Source: an uncultured Alphaproteobacteria bacterium
GTDB lineage: Bacteria > Pseudomonadota > Alphaproteobacteria > Rhizobiales > Hyphomicrobiaceae
Assembly: GCA_963761475.1 (NCBI GenBank)
Contig: CAVXGT010000019.1
Coordinates: forward strand, 162,494-226,493
Length of the DNA stretch: 64,000 bases
Direction of reading: 5' to 3'
Positions within the stretch are counted from its first letter, which is position 1, and each line of letters begins with the position of its first letter. The position numbers were made by a program, and so were the translations under genes. A model generated the notes under the pieces. That model saw only the letters and a list, made by a program, of their open reading frames with translations, searched no databases and was not told the origin of the DNA. Shown piece after piece: positions 18,816-28,745 of the stretch.

Positions 18816-19814
18816 TCATTGGGGGCGCGGCAGGCGGGCCAGGATGCGTGTTGCCTCGGCGGCGATGGTACGCACGATCTCGCTGGCGCTTTCGACGCGA
18901 TCTATGAGGCCCGAGCCCTGGCCTGCGGGCAGCACGCCTTCGGTGACGTCGCCGTCGATGCGGCCGCGAATGCTGGCGGCTTCACCCACCTCCTTCAATT
19001 GCACGGGGTAGGGCTTGATCTCGCCTTCACGGCCTTCCCAGGCGCGTGTGAAATCGTTGCGAATCATGCGGTTTGTCTTGCCGGAGTGGGCGCGGGTGAC
19101 CGTCGTGCCGTCCTCGTCGATCTCGGTGATGCGGCGCTTGTAGTTGTCGTGGCCGCGGGCTTCTGTGCTGGCGATGAAGCGGGTGCCCATCCAGACGCCG
19201 TGGGCGCCGAGCGCGAGGGCTGCGACGAGGCCGCGGCCATCGGCTAGGCCGCCGGCCGCCACCACGGGCACGCCGACGGTGTCGACGACTTTCGGCACAA
19301 GGGCCATGGTACCGATGCGGCCGACGTGGCCGCCGCCTTCGTGACCGGAGGCGATGATGGCATCGACGCCCGAGCGCTCGACGGTGCGCGCCTGGCGGGA
19401 GGTTCCCACCAGGGCCATGACCTTGACGCCCGCCTTTTTCGCCCGAGCCATGATGGCGATGGGATCGCCGAGGCCGGCGACGATGACGGGGACGCGCTCG
19501 TCGAATGTGACTTCGATGTGGGCTTCGACCTCGCGCTCGTAGGCGGTGGTGAGGGGATCGCCGCCCTGGACCTTGGCAAAAAGGATATCCACGCCGAAGG
19601 GCTTGTCGGTGAGCGAGCGGGCGAGGCGGATCTCCTGGCGGAGGCGCCCGGGGTCCATGTAGGCGGAGCCGATGACACCGAGGCCGCCGGCATTGGAGAC
19701 AGCGGCGGCGAGGCGGCCATAGGCAACCTGATACATGCCGGCCTGCAGGATCGGATAGCGGATGCCGAGAAGGCGGCACAACGGGTTGGTGGCAAACAGC
19801 TCGTCAGGGTTCAT
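18816..19814 (-). CDS. Nitronate monooxygenase (2-nitropropane dioxygenase, NMO family)
   Basis: 332 aa; IRYPILQAGM...GGLGVIG...; FMN-dependent NMO TIM-barrel signature. Confidence 0.85.
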   Translation of the reverse strand: MNPDELFATNPLCRLLGIRYPILQAGMYQVAYGRLAAAVSNAGGLGVIGSAYMDPGRLRQEIRLARSLTDKPFGVDILFAKVQGGDPLTTAYEREVEAHIEVTFDERVPVIVAGLGDPIAIMARAKKAGVKVMALVGTSRQARTVERSGVDAIIASGHEGGGHVGRIGTMALVPKVVDTVGVPVVAAGGLADGRGLVAALALGAHGVWMGTRFIASTEARGHDNYKRRITEIDEDGTTVTRAHSGKTNRMIRNDFTRAWEGREGEIKPYPVQLKEVGEAASIRGRIDGDVTEGVLPAGQGSGLIDRVESASEIVRTIAAEATRILARLPRPQ

Positions 19815-19976
19815 GATGGCGGCGCTTCTCGTAGGAGGGGCTGGCGCAAGGCGGGCACGCGATCATGATAGAAACATGCGTCGACAGCGCAAGTCGGCGC
19901 TTGCTCCAGCTCGCGCACGATTTGTCGGCGTGATCTGCCAGCACTCCTGCGCCACCGGCAACGGCCGGCCGACGCC

Positions 19977-21641
19977 TCAGGCTCCAAGCGGTGAGAAGGG
20001 GGTTGCCGGGGGACTGAGCGTGCGTGGCGTGGCGTCGGCGTCGAAGCCGAGGTCGCGGCCCATGTGCATGAGCGCCCGCTCGGCCAGGGCTGTAATGGTG
20101 AGCAGCGGATTGACGCCGAGGGAGCGAGGAATTATGGCGCCATCGATGACATAGAGACCATCGTGCACAGCAGCGCTGCCGGCGGCGGGCGAGGCGCGGA
20201 AGACCTGGCCCTTGTGATCGACGACACCCTCGCCGCTCTCGCGGCCCATGCCGCAGCCGCCAAGCGGGTGGGCCGTTGCCGGCTGGTGGCCCATGACGCT
20301 GCCGGCCAGCGGGTTCTTGACGTAGGATCCGCCCGTCTTCTCGACCAGTGCGGTGAGGGTCTTATCGAGGCGCCTGTAGACGGGTGCGTCCTTGGCGCCG
20401 GGCCAAAGCAACTGGAGGCGGCCGTCGTCGTCGAGGCGGAAGCGGCCGGAGGCGTCATCGTGGGAGACGGCGAAGAAGGTCTGCAGGCTCGACAGCGGGC
20501 CCTTGTAGACGCCGGACACGAGACTTTGGAGGGCGCCGAGCAGGCGGCCGTTGGGCACGAACATCACCGGCAGCATGGGCGCCAGAGCCGAGGGCATTGC
20601 GCCTTCCTGGATACAGATCTCATTGGCGAGGCACTCGGCGTCGGTGAGGTCGAGCTGGCCGGAGACGGCAGCACCGACCTGCCAGTCGGGGAGTTTCGGC
20701 GGGTGGCCGATACCGATGGCGTTGACCGGGACCTTGGCGCCGTAGCCGAAGGCGATGATGTCACCGTTTGCGGAAAAGCGTTGGCCGAGGCGGGGGGAGA
20801 CGTCGAGGCCCTGATCGCGTGAGCGAAGGAGGATTTCCGTCGAGCCGAGGGTGCCGGCTGCCAGTACCACGAGGTCGGCTTCAACGGTCAGCGGCGGCGC
20901 CCTATCACGGCCAGCCACTTCGGTCGGCTGCATCTGCACGCGCCATCCGCCATCGGGCTTTGGCGTGACGTGGGCGACCTTCAACTCGGTGAAGATCTCG
21001 GCGCCGTGACGGACGGCGTCGGGGAGGTAGGTGAGCGCCACCGTATTCTTGGCGCCGACGTTGCAGCCCGCGCAGCAATCTCCGCATAGGGTGCAGGCGG
21101 GTTGCGCGATGCCTGCGGGATTGACGTTGGCCTCGAAGCTGACGGCAACCGGTGGAGTGGTGAGTGTGGCGTCTAGAGCGGCGCCGGCGGTGCGGAGTGC
21201 ACGATACCGGCTCAGTTCTGGTGCGCCGGCATGCTGGGCAGGGCGGAGCCAGCGGGCGGCGCGGTCGTAGCCCTCATCGAGCAGGCCGTCTTGGCGGATC
21301 TGGCCGGGCCAGACGGGATCGGCAAACACGCGGGAATCGGGGCGCAGGGCGACGCCGGCGTTGACGAGAGAGCCGCCGCCGAGGCCGCAGGCGACCAACA
21401 CGTGCATGTCGTCGCCGAGACGGACGTCGAACAGGGCGGTCGACCTGCCGAAACTGGTGCGCCGGCTATGCACCTGCATCTCACCGCGCATCTCGGGAAA
21501 GCGGGCCGGGAACTCGCCGGTCGCAAATTCCCGTCCGCGCTCGATCACGCAGACGCTCTTGCCGGCGCGGGCCAGGCGCGAAGCTGCGACACCGCCACCG
21601 TAGCCCGAGCCGACGACGACGACGTCGTAGCGGGCCTTCAT
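19977..21641 (-). CDS. GMC-family FAD oxidoreductase, cholesterol-oxidase-like
   Basis: N-terminal DVVVVGSGYGGGVAASRLARAG FAD fold and C-terminal GMC_oxred_C region (GGCGMG...). About 555 aa. ORF to 21671. Confidence 0.8.
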   Translation of the reverse strand: MKARYDVVVVGSGYGGGVAASRLARAGKSVCVIERGREFATGEFPARFPEMRGEMQVHSRRTSFGRSTALFDVRLGDDMHVLVACGLGGGSLVNAGVALRPDSRVFADPVWPGQIRQDGLLDEGYDRAARWLRPAQHAGAPELSRYRALRTAGAALDATLTTPPVAVSFEANVNPAGIAQPACTLCGDCCAGCNVGAKNTVALTYLPDAVRHGAEIFTELKVAHVTPKPDGGWRVQMQPTEVAGRDRAPPLTVEADLVVLAAGTLGSTEILLRSRDQGLDVSPRLGQRFSANGDIIAFGYGAKVPVNAIGIGHPPKLPDWQVGAAVSGQLDLTDAECLANEICIQEGAMPSALAPMLPVMFVPNGRLLGALQSLVSGVYKGPLSSLQTFFAVSHDDASGRFRLDDDGRLQLLWPGAKDAPVYRRLDKTLTALVEKTGGSYVKNPLAGSVMGHQPATAHPLGGCGMGRESGEGVVDHKGQVFRASPAAGSAAVHDGLYVIDGAIIPRSLGVNPLLTITALAERALMHMGRDLGFDADATPRTLSPPATPFSPLGA

Positions 21642-21922
21642 GGTGGAGGCGGTGCGCGAGAGGCGGGACATCGGGGCTCACTTTCGCGATTGGCGAGGGC
21701 TGGCGCTGGCGACCTGACTGTCGCAAGCCCAATACAACCGGCTGGCGGCGCTGTCGAGGCAGGGGCCTGCCTATGGTGAGCGGCGAGGCTGGTGCGCGCC
21801 GGTGATCTGGGAGCTGTGATTGAGATAGGATGGCGATGCAAGCTTCGATCGTCGGCGCGGCTTTGATGACATGGCCCGGCGTGGCGTGTTCAATGAACGT
21901 CAGCGACAAAAAGGAGGTTGGT

Positions 21923-22372
21923 ATGGAGCAAGGACAAGACGACCGCTCCGTCGAGGCGGCGATCGGGCGATTGCATGCGGCCATGGCGGACGTGGCCAAT
22001 GGCGACGTGCGCGCGATCAAGGCGCTCTATTCGCACAGCGAGGATGCAACGAGCTTCTACGGCTGGGGCGGCTACGAAAAGGGTTGGGCCGGGGTATCGG
22101 CGCGCTGGGACTGGGCCGGCCAGCAATTTCGCGGCGGGCGTGTGAGCTACAAGCCGATCTCGAAGGTGGTGACGAGCGACCTATTCTATGTCACGGAGAT
22201 CGAGAGCTACGACATGCAGGCGATGGACGGCATGAGCGGGCCAACCGGATGGACCAATCGTGTCACCCACATCTTTCGCCGGGAAATGGGCGAGTGGCGG
22301 CTGATCCATCGCCACGGCAACCGTCTCGAAGAGCAATACAAGCCGGGCACGCGGCTGCAACCGAAGGCGTAA
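21923..22372 (+). CDS. NTF2-like / SnoaL-like (ketosteroid-isomerase-fold) protein
   Basis: About 150 aa alpha+beta cone-fold pattern. AAGGAGG RBS 6 nt upstream of ATG 21923. The ORF extends to 21830. Confidence 0.5.
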   Translation: MEQGQDDRSVEAAIGRLHAAMADVANGDVRAIKALYSHSEDATSFYGWGGYEKGWAGVSARWDWAGQQFRGGRVSYKPISKVVTSDLFYVTEIESYDMQAMDGMSGPTGWTNRVTHIFRREMGEWRLIHRHGNRLEEQYKPGTRLQPKA

Positions 22373-22376
22373 TCCG

Positions 22377-22661
22377 ATGCTGTTCATGGTGATCTCGACG
22401 CCGCGGCCCGAACCGCCCTCGACAATGGTGCCGAAGCGCAAGGCCTATTGGGCGTGGCTGGCGCCGTTGCAGGCGCAAGGTCTGTGCAAGCATGTCTGGG
22501 CGCGGACGGGACGGGGGGCGGTGGCGCTGCTGGATGTGCCTGACAACGAGACGCTGCATCGGATCCTGAACGAGTGGGCGGAGATCATTCCGGCCACGTT
22601 CGAGGTTCTGCCTTTGATCGACCCCGGGCCGGCACAGGCGTTTCTTGACGCAGGTGCGTGA
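22377..22661 (+). CDS. Muconolactone delta-isomerase-like protein
   Basis: 94 aa beginning MLFMVISTPRPEPP (compare muconolactone isomerase MLFHV...). ATG is 4 nt after the upstream stop. Confidence 0.5.
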   Translation: MLFMVISTPRPEPPSTMVPKRKAYWAWLAPLQAQGLCKHVWARTGRGAVALLDVPDNETLHRILNEWAEIIPATFEVLPLIDPGPAQAFLDAGA

Positions 22662-22838
22662 GACAGCGGCGTGAACGGCCGCCAAGTCCGCGCCGGTGCG
22701 CCGCAGTTTCCGATTCGTTAACATTCCACTGCCGCGACCGCGGCTGGGCATCCAGCCTCTTTGTCAGGGACTATGAAGTTGTGATGACAGGGCTAGGGTG
22801 AGTCGTTAACCGCAATTTGAGGTCTGACCTTTAGGTTC

Positions 22839-23753
22839 GTGCTTGTCACTCGGGGTAGAAAGCGCGAATTCGACATGCTCGGCGGACCAATCGGGACCGG
22901 CAAAACAAACTCGCTCATGAGCGAGTACTCGCTTCGGCTTGGAGATGCCGTTCTCCGGGGCAGGATGCATGATGCCGAGAGAGGCGCTCGGCTGGAAAGC
23001 GAAATCGCCGCCCGGATCAAATCCGAATTCATCTCGAACATGAGCCATGAGCTCAGGACGCCGTTGAATACAGTCATCGGCTTTTCCAAGCTGATCGCCG
23101 AGCATGGGCAGCGCCCGCTCAGCGGCGAAGAGATCGTCGAGTATGCTCGGTTGATCAACGATGCAGCCGGCAATCTGCTGGCGATCATCAACGACATTCT
23201 GGACATGTCGAAAATCCAGGCCGGGCATTTCCGGCTCGATGCCGTCGATGTCAATCTGGAAGAGATCCTCGAGGCTGTCGCCGCTTCCATTCGGGGGCCT
23301 GCGGGGCAGTCCGGGGTGCGGATGCATCTGACGTTGCCTGACGAGCCGATGGTGCTGCGCGGCGATGTGCAGAAGCTCAGGCAAATCTTCGCCAATCTGG
23401 TCAGCAATGCCGTCAAGTTCACGCCTGACGGCGGTGACGTCTATATCGAGGCCGAGTTCGAGAACGACGGCAACGTATCGGTGTTGGTACGCGATACCGG
23501 CATCGGGATGGACGAGGAAGAGCTGGACGTGGCGCTGGCGCCGTTCGGGCAAGTGGACAGCACGCGGGCGCGCTGGCGGGAAGGTACGGGGCTTGGGCTC
23601 CCGATCGCCAAGGCCCTGATCGAAATGCACGGCGGATCGCTCTCGATCCGCAGCGCGAAATCAATGGGTACTGAGGCGAGCGTCAAATTGCCGACCAAGG
23701 ATCTGGTCTCGTTGTTGCAGCAAGATATCGGCATTCGCACCGCGTTGGTGTGA
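22839..23753 (+). CDS. Sensor-less cytoplasmic histidine kinase (HisKA + HATPase_c)
   Basis: H-box SHELRTPLNTVIGFSKLI, N/G1/G2 boxes (LVSNAVKFT, DTGIGM, GTGLGL). No TM or sensor domain and no response regulator nearby. The exact start is uncertain. Confidence 0.8.
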   Translation: MLVTRGRKREFDMLGGPIGTGKTNSLMSEYSLRLGDAVLRGRMHDAERGARLESEIAARIKSEFISNMSHELRTPLNTVIGFSKLIAEHGQRPLSGEEIVEYARLINDAAGNLLAIINDILDMSKIQAGHFRLDAVDVNLEEILEAVAASIRGPAGQSGVRMHLTLPDEPMVLRGDVQKLRQIFANLVSNAVKFTPDGGDVYIEAEFENDGNVSVLVRDTGIGMDEEELDVALAPFGQVDSTRARWREGTGLGLPIAKALIEMHGGSLSIRSAKSMGTEASVKLPTKDLVSLLQQDIGIRTALV

Positions 23754-23769
23754 GAAAACTGCCGAGGGG

Positions 23770-25775
23770 GTGGAGATAATGCAGCATTTCGCTACGGCGG
23801 GCATTGGGCAAGAGCAGGTTGAGGATCATTCGATCGGCCGCATCGTTTCGGTGACCGGGTCGACCGTGATCGTTTTGCTCGACACGGGTCTTGGATTGCC
23901 CTCGCGCTTGGCGCATCGGCCGGAAATGGGGACACTGATCGCGATCGAGCTGCCGACGACCATCGTGCTCGCCATCGTGTCGGCGTTGAACGTGCCGGTG
24001 CCGGCGCAGCGCGAAGGCGAAATCGAAGTCTGGATCGCCGAGCTCGGCCTTGTTGGCGAGCTGAAAAAGGGACGGATGGCAACCCGGAAGTCTTCAATCG
24101 CGGCGTGACCGTCTATCCGACGCTTGGGGACCGGGCTCGCGTGGCGGTCAAGAGCGAGCTGCAGATCGCCTTCTGCGGCGACATGGAAAAATCGGTCCGG
24201 GTCGGCTGCATCCGGCAGGACAACTCGATTCCCGCAACGATCCGGGTCGACGACCTGCTCGGGAAGCATTTCGCGATCCTCGGCACGACAGGCACCGGCA
24301 AGTCGTGCACGACGGCGCTGATCCTGCGCTCGATCCTGGCCAAGCATCCGGCTGCGCACATCGTGCTGCTCGACCCGCATAACGAATACTCGACGGCTTT
24401 CACGGAATGGGCCGAGGTCGTCTCGCCGCGCAACCTGCAACTGCCATACTGGCTGCTCACCTTCGAGGAGCTGATCGAAGTCGTGCTGGGAGATACCTCC
24501 GAGCGCAAGCACGAAGTCGAGATGCTGCAGGAAATGATCCCGATTGCGAAGGGGCGCTACAACCAGGGTCGCAACAAGGATAACACGTTAAGGTCCAGCA
24601 AGCTCGAGTCGGCGAAATTCACCGTCGACACACCGGTACCGTACCGGATTTCCGACCTGACTACGCTTATCGACGAGCGCATGGGCAAGCTCGAGAACAA
24701 GCGTGACATCGGTCCCTATCGCAACCTCAAGACCCGCTTCGAGACGCTGTCGCTGGATCCGCGGTACGCGTTCATGTTCGGCTCGCTCACCGTGTACGAC
24801 GGCATGGCGCAGATCCTGAGCCGCATTTTCCGCGTGCCGGTGAGGGACAAGCCGATCACCATCCTCGAGTTGACGGGGCTGCCGACCGAGATCATCAATG
24901 TGGTGGTGTCGGTGATCTGCCGCATGACCTTCGATTTCGCGCTCTGGTCCGAAGGCAAAGTGCCGGTGACGCTGGTGTGCGAGGAAGCCCACCGCTATGT
25001 GCCGGCCAACGCCAGCCTCGGCTTCGAGCCGTGCAAGCGGGCGATCGCCAAGATCGCCAAGGAGGGCCGCAAATACGGCTCGTCGCTGTGCATCGTGACG
25101 CAGCGGCCGGCCGAGATCGACCCGACCATCCTGTCGCAGTGCAATACCGTTTTCGCGCTGCGCATGTCGAACGACCGCGACCAGGCAATCGTGCAGTCCT
25201 CGATTTCGGATACCGGGTCGGGCTTGCTGGAGTTCCTGCCCGCGCTCGGACAGCGCGAGGCGATCGCTTTCGGCGAAGGCGTGACATTGCCCGTGCGCAT
25301 CCGTTTCGACGAACTGCCCAAGGATGCGCTCCCGCGCAGCTCGACGGCCCGCTTCTCGGAGATGTGGCAGAAATCGTCGGGCGATGACGGCTTCCTGGAT
25401 CAGGTGGTTGAACGCTGGCGCCACGCCTCGGGCGGGGTCACGAGCGAGTCGAACTCGCAGACGGCCATGTTTGCCGATGCCATGGTTATTCCGAGCGACG
25501 ACGTCGAAGTCGAGGCCCCTGCAACGCCCGGCCGGATGGGGATGGGGCAGGGACATGCCAACGGTGCAGGGCGACAGGTGGAGCCGCAGCGTGGCGGCGA
25601 GATCGCTGCGCGACCGATGCGGCGCGAAGCCGTCGTCCCGCGGCGCGAGACCAGAGAAGCGAGGCCGGCCATGGCACAGGCGGCAGCGCCCGAACCTGTG
25701 GTTGCGCGGCCGTCTGTTTCTGCCTCGGGCGGGAGCTTGCGGTCCTTGCGCGATCGGCTGACGCAGCGTCGCTGA
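23770..25775 (+). pseudogene. HerA-like (DUF87, FtsK/HerA superfamily) ATPase with a long disordered Ala/Pro/Arg-rich C-terminal tail. It is split by a -1 frameshift in an A5 run near 24064-24068
   Basis: N-terminal HAS-barrel-like part in ORF 23770..24108 (…VWIAELGLVGELKK). ATPase part in ORF 24105..25775 (Walker A GTTGTGKS, ...DEAHRY). A sixth 'a' in gaaaaagg restores ...GELKKGTDGNPEVFNRGVTVYPTLGD... Confidence 0.7.
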
Positions 25776-26005
25776 ACCGGGATTGGCAACGGGCTTTATC
25801 GAGGCGCGCGGGCGGATGACGGGCCGCCGGCGTGCCGCAATTTGGCCTGTCGGCGTTGGCGCCAACCATAATCCCTCGAAGGCGCCTTTGGGTCCCGCAG
25901 CGTGCTATACACGGCGCCAGTTGCGCGGGTGTCGCCACTGAAGTAGGCATCGGCGCAGGATGCGAACACGGATCTTGGGGCGCGCGGACTTGTTTTTTGT
26001 GGGAT

Positions 26006-26020
26006 TGGCGCCAGTCGTGC
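26006..26020 (+). promoter_or_regulatory. Candidate sigma-54 (-24/-12) promoter TGGCGC-N5-GTGC upstream of manC
   Basis: tggcgccagtcgtgc has GG and GC spaced as in TGGCAC-N5-TTGC. It lies about 40 nt upstream of the manC ATG (26061). Confidence 0.25.
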
Positions 26021-26060
26021 CGATCGAAGCTCAAGGCAAATGGCGTCGGGAAGTTGATCG

Positions 26061-27507
26061 ATGAGCAAAATACACCCGGTAATTCTTTCTGGTGGTTCCG
26101 GTACGCGGCTGTGGCCGTTGTCGCGGTCGATGTACCCCAAGCAATTCATCAAATTCTTCAATCCGGCAGAGCCGAGTTTTCTCGGCGCGACGCTGCGGCG
26201 GGTGATGAACGACGAGGCCTTCGCTGCGCCGTTGCTGCTCTGCAACAACGACCACCGGTTCCTGGTCAAGGATGAACTCGAGCAGGCCGGCATCAAGTCC
26301 GGCACCATCTATCTCGAGCCGGTGGCCCGAAACACCGCAGCCGGCGATTGCGGTTGCAGCGCTTGCCGTCACGCGGGAGGATCCCGATGGCGTGATGGTG
26401 GTGATGCCGTCGGATCACGTGATCACCGACGAGGCGGCGTTCCTAGATGCAGTGCGCAGGGCCCAGAGGGTTGCGGCGAGCGGTCGGCTCGTTTTGTTCG
26501 GTATCACGCCGCGCGAGGCCAACACGGGCTATGGCTACATCCGGCAGGGGGCTGCGCTCAAGGGCTTCGAGGGCGAGGCGTTCGGCGTCGAGCGCTTCTA
26601 TGAAAAGCCCGATGCGGCGACAGCGGAGCGGTATCTGCAGGAGGGCGGCTACTATTGGAACAGCGGCATCTTCGTGCTGCATGCCCAAGCGTTCCTCGAC
26701 GAGCTTGGCAAACTCGAGCCGGAGATCCTGGAAGCGGCGCGACGGGCACTCGACCTGGCGCAGCCCGATCTTGGCTGTATGAGACTGGATCGGGACGGGT
26801 TCGCGCAGTCGCCGAACATCTCGATCGACTATGCGGTGATGGAAAAGACCGCGCTGGCGGCGATGCTGCCGCTCGATGTCGGGTGGAGCGACGTCGGGTC
26901 GTGGTCCTCGCTGTGGGAGGTGTCGCCGCACGACAAGGACGGCAACTACGTCAGCGGCGATGCCGTCACTGAAGACTCAAGCGGTCTCTACGTGCATTCC
27001 GAGCGGTCGCTTGTGGCCACCATCGGCGTCAAGGATCTGGTGATCGTCGACACGCCCGATGCCTTGCTGGTGGCGGACAAGTCGCGGGCGCAGGATGTTT
27101 CGCAGATCGTCAAGAGGCTCAAGGCCAGCAATCGCAAAGAGCATGAACAGCACCTGCGCAACCACCGGCCCTGGGGCTACTTCGAGACGCTCAACATCGG
27201 CCCGCGCTTCCAGGTCAAGCTGCTGCATGTCAAGCCCGGCGCCAAGCTCTCGATGCAAATGCATCACCACCGCTCCGAGCACTGGATCGTCGTGCAGGGC
27301 ACGGCGCAGGTCGTGATCGGGGACATGGAAAAGCTCGTGCGCGAAAACGAGAGCATCTACATCTTCGCGACCCAGTGGCATCGCCTGGAGAACCCGGGGA
27401 AGGTGCCGCTGGAAGTGATCGAGGTGCAGATCGGCACCTATCTCGGCGAAGACGACATCGTCAGGACCGACGATATTTACCAGCGGGCGCCTGAAGAAAC
27501 CCGCTGA
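26061..27507 (+). pseudogene. manC: Mannose-1-phosphate guanylyltransferase / mannose-6-phosphate isomerase (ManC/XanB type, type II PMI cupin), interrupted by a +1 frameshift near 26340
   Basis: N-terminal MSKIHPVILSGGSGTRLWPLSR... in ORF 26061..26603. The remainder (…VMPSDHVI…, cupin HHHRSEHWIVVQG) is in ORF 26272..27507. Deleting one g in 'gcagcc' gives ...EPVARNTAPAIAVAALAVTRED... Confidence 0.85.
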
Positions 27508-27691
27508 TTGGGCGGCATCACCGTCCACTTCACTGCCTCGGACGGGACGCGATCCAGGCCGCGCTCTGAGGCTGGCCGCGGCGTGCGATGGCATGGCCAT
27601 GCAGGCGCGGGCTACCTGGACGTTGGCCCGTTGCCTGTCCTCTGCTTGCGAATCGAGCTACCTGCAGCCTTGGTGACGCTGGTCCCAGGGG

Positions 27692-28666
27692 GTGTTGATA
27701 ATGGCTTTTCTCCATGCAGGGATTGCCCGGTCGGCCCGAAACGGGTTGAGCCTCGGCCTGTTGGCGATGATCGGCGCCTGGCTCGGTGGCTGCGGATTGC
27801 CCGGGGGCAACACCTCGATCGGGACGACAACGTTCGGAACGGGAAGCCAGCAATATGCCTTCGCGCGCGCGCGTGTGCCCGTGGTGGTGGAAGGCACGAG
27901 CACGCCGACATCTCGCGGCCAGTTGCTCAAGGCCTCGATGACGATCGGCGAGGCCAAGTATGTCGTCGATGGCGCGGTCAGCGTGCGCATCGCGGCCAGT
28001 TCTTCCGACCGCTTCAAGGCGCGGGTGGATGAGCGCTACTTGCTGCAGGATGTGGTGAGTGTGAAGGAGAGTGGGGCTGGTGATGGGGCGCGTGCGGGCG
28101 TGAGGGGCATCGCAGATTTCCCGGCCCTCTTGACGAAGGCTCTGCCGACGGTGGGCCGCATTGTCACCATCGAGCGCGTCAGTCGCCAGCGCCTCGAGCC
28201 GTTCCGGATCGAGAAGGAGCTCGATCCGGGAGCTCCTGAGGAGATCCAGGCGATGCGCGGCGAGCTCGAACGCGTGGCGAAGGGCTGGGGGCTTTCATTT
28301 GCCTTTGCGCCGGTCCCGCAGGAAGTGGAAGTTGCACAAAAGCGCATCCTGCTGATGCCCAACCGGTCGGCTACGTGTCAAGGGCCGGTGTGCTTCCGCC
28401 TGCCGGTGGCCTATCGGATGCGGCTGGAGCCCACGATCGAGGGATGGAAGGGCAGTGCGCAGACGCATGTTTGGCTCGCCAATGACGGGCCGATCGCCGG
28501 GCTCGACGTGCGCCATGCGGCGTTCGGTGACGGTGGCGTCAAGGCGCGTTTCCAGAACGGCATGCTGATGTCGATCGTGGCGGCGCGACCTGGGCTTGCC
28601 GAGCAGTTGATCGTTGCGCCACCGACCGTGACCTCGTCTGCGCTGGTGACATCGTCGGTGCGCTAA
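27692..28666 (+). CDS. Hypothetical lipoprotein
   Basis: Signal peptide plus lipobox (…LLAMIGAWLGGCG). No recognisable domain. Confidence 0.5.
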   Translation: MLIMAFLHAGIARSARNGLSLGLLAMIGAWLGGCGLPGGNTSIGTTTFGTGSQQYAFARARVPVVVEGTSTPTSRGQLLKASMTIGEAKYVVDGAVSVRIAASSSDRFKARVDERYLLQDVVSVKESGAGDGARAGVRGIADFPALLTKALPTVGRIVTIERVSRQRLEPFRIEKELDPGAPEEIQAMRGELERVAKGWGLSFAFAPVPQEVEVAQKRILLMPNRSATCQGPVCFRLPVAYRMRLEPTIEGWKGSAQTHVWLANDGPIAGLDVRHAAFGDGGVKARFQNGMLMSIVAARPGLAEQLIVAPPTVTSSALVTSSVR

Positions 28667-28745
28667 CCGTCCGATCCGCCGACAGACTGGCGAGCCTGCC
28701 GCTGCGGTGATGTCCCCGTGAAGCCGGTCATGCGATGGCGCCGGC

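Noticed and set aside
22662-22838. Two TCGTTAAC motifs about 80 nt apart upstream of the histidine kinase gene, considered as a CtrA box
   Set aside because: Neither has the TTAA-N7-TTAA partner half-site. This is probably a chance occurrence.
24588-25865. 425-aa minus-strand ORF opposite the HerA-like ATPase, and the 170-aa ORF at 25796..26308 opposite the manC start
   Set aside because: Antisense artefacts. Arg/Pro-rich, with no motifs.
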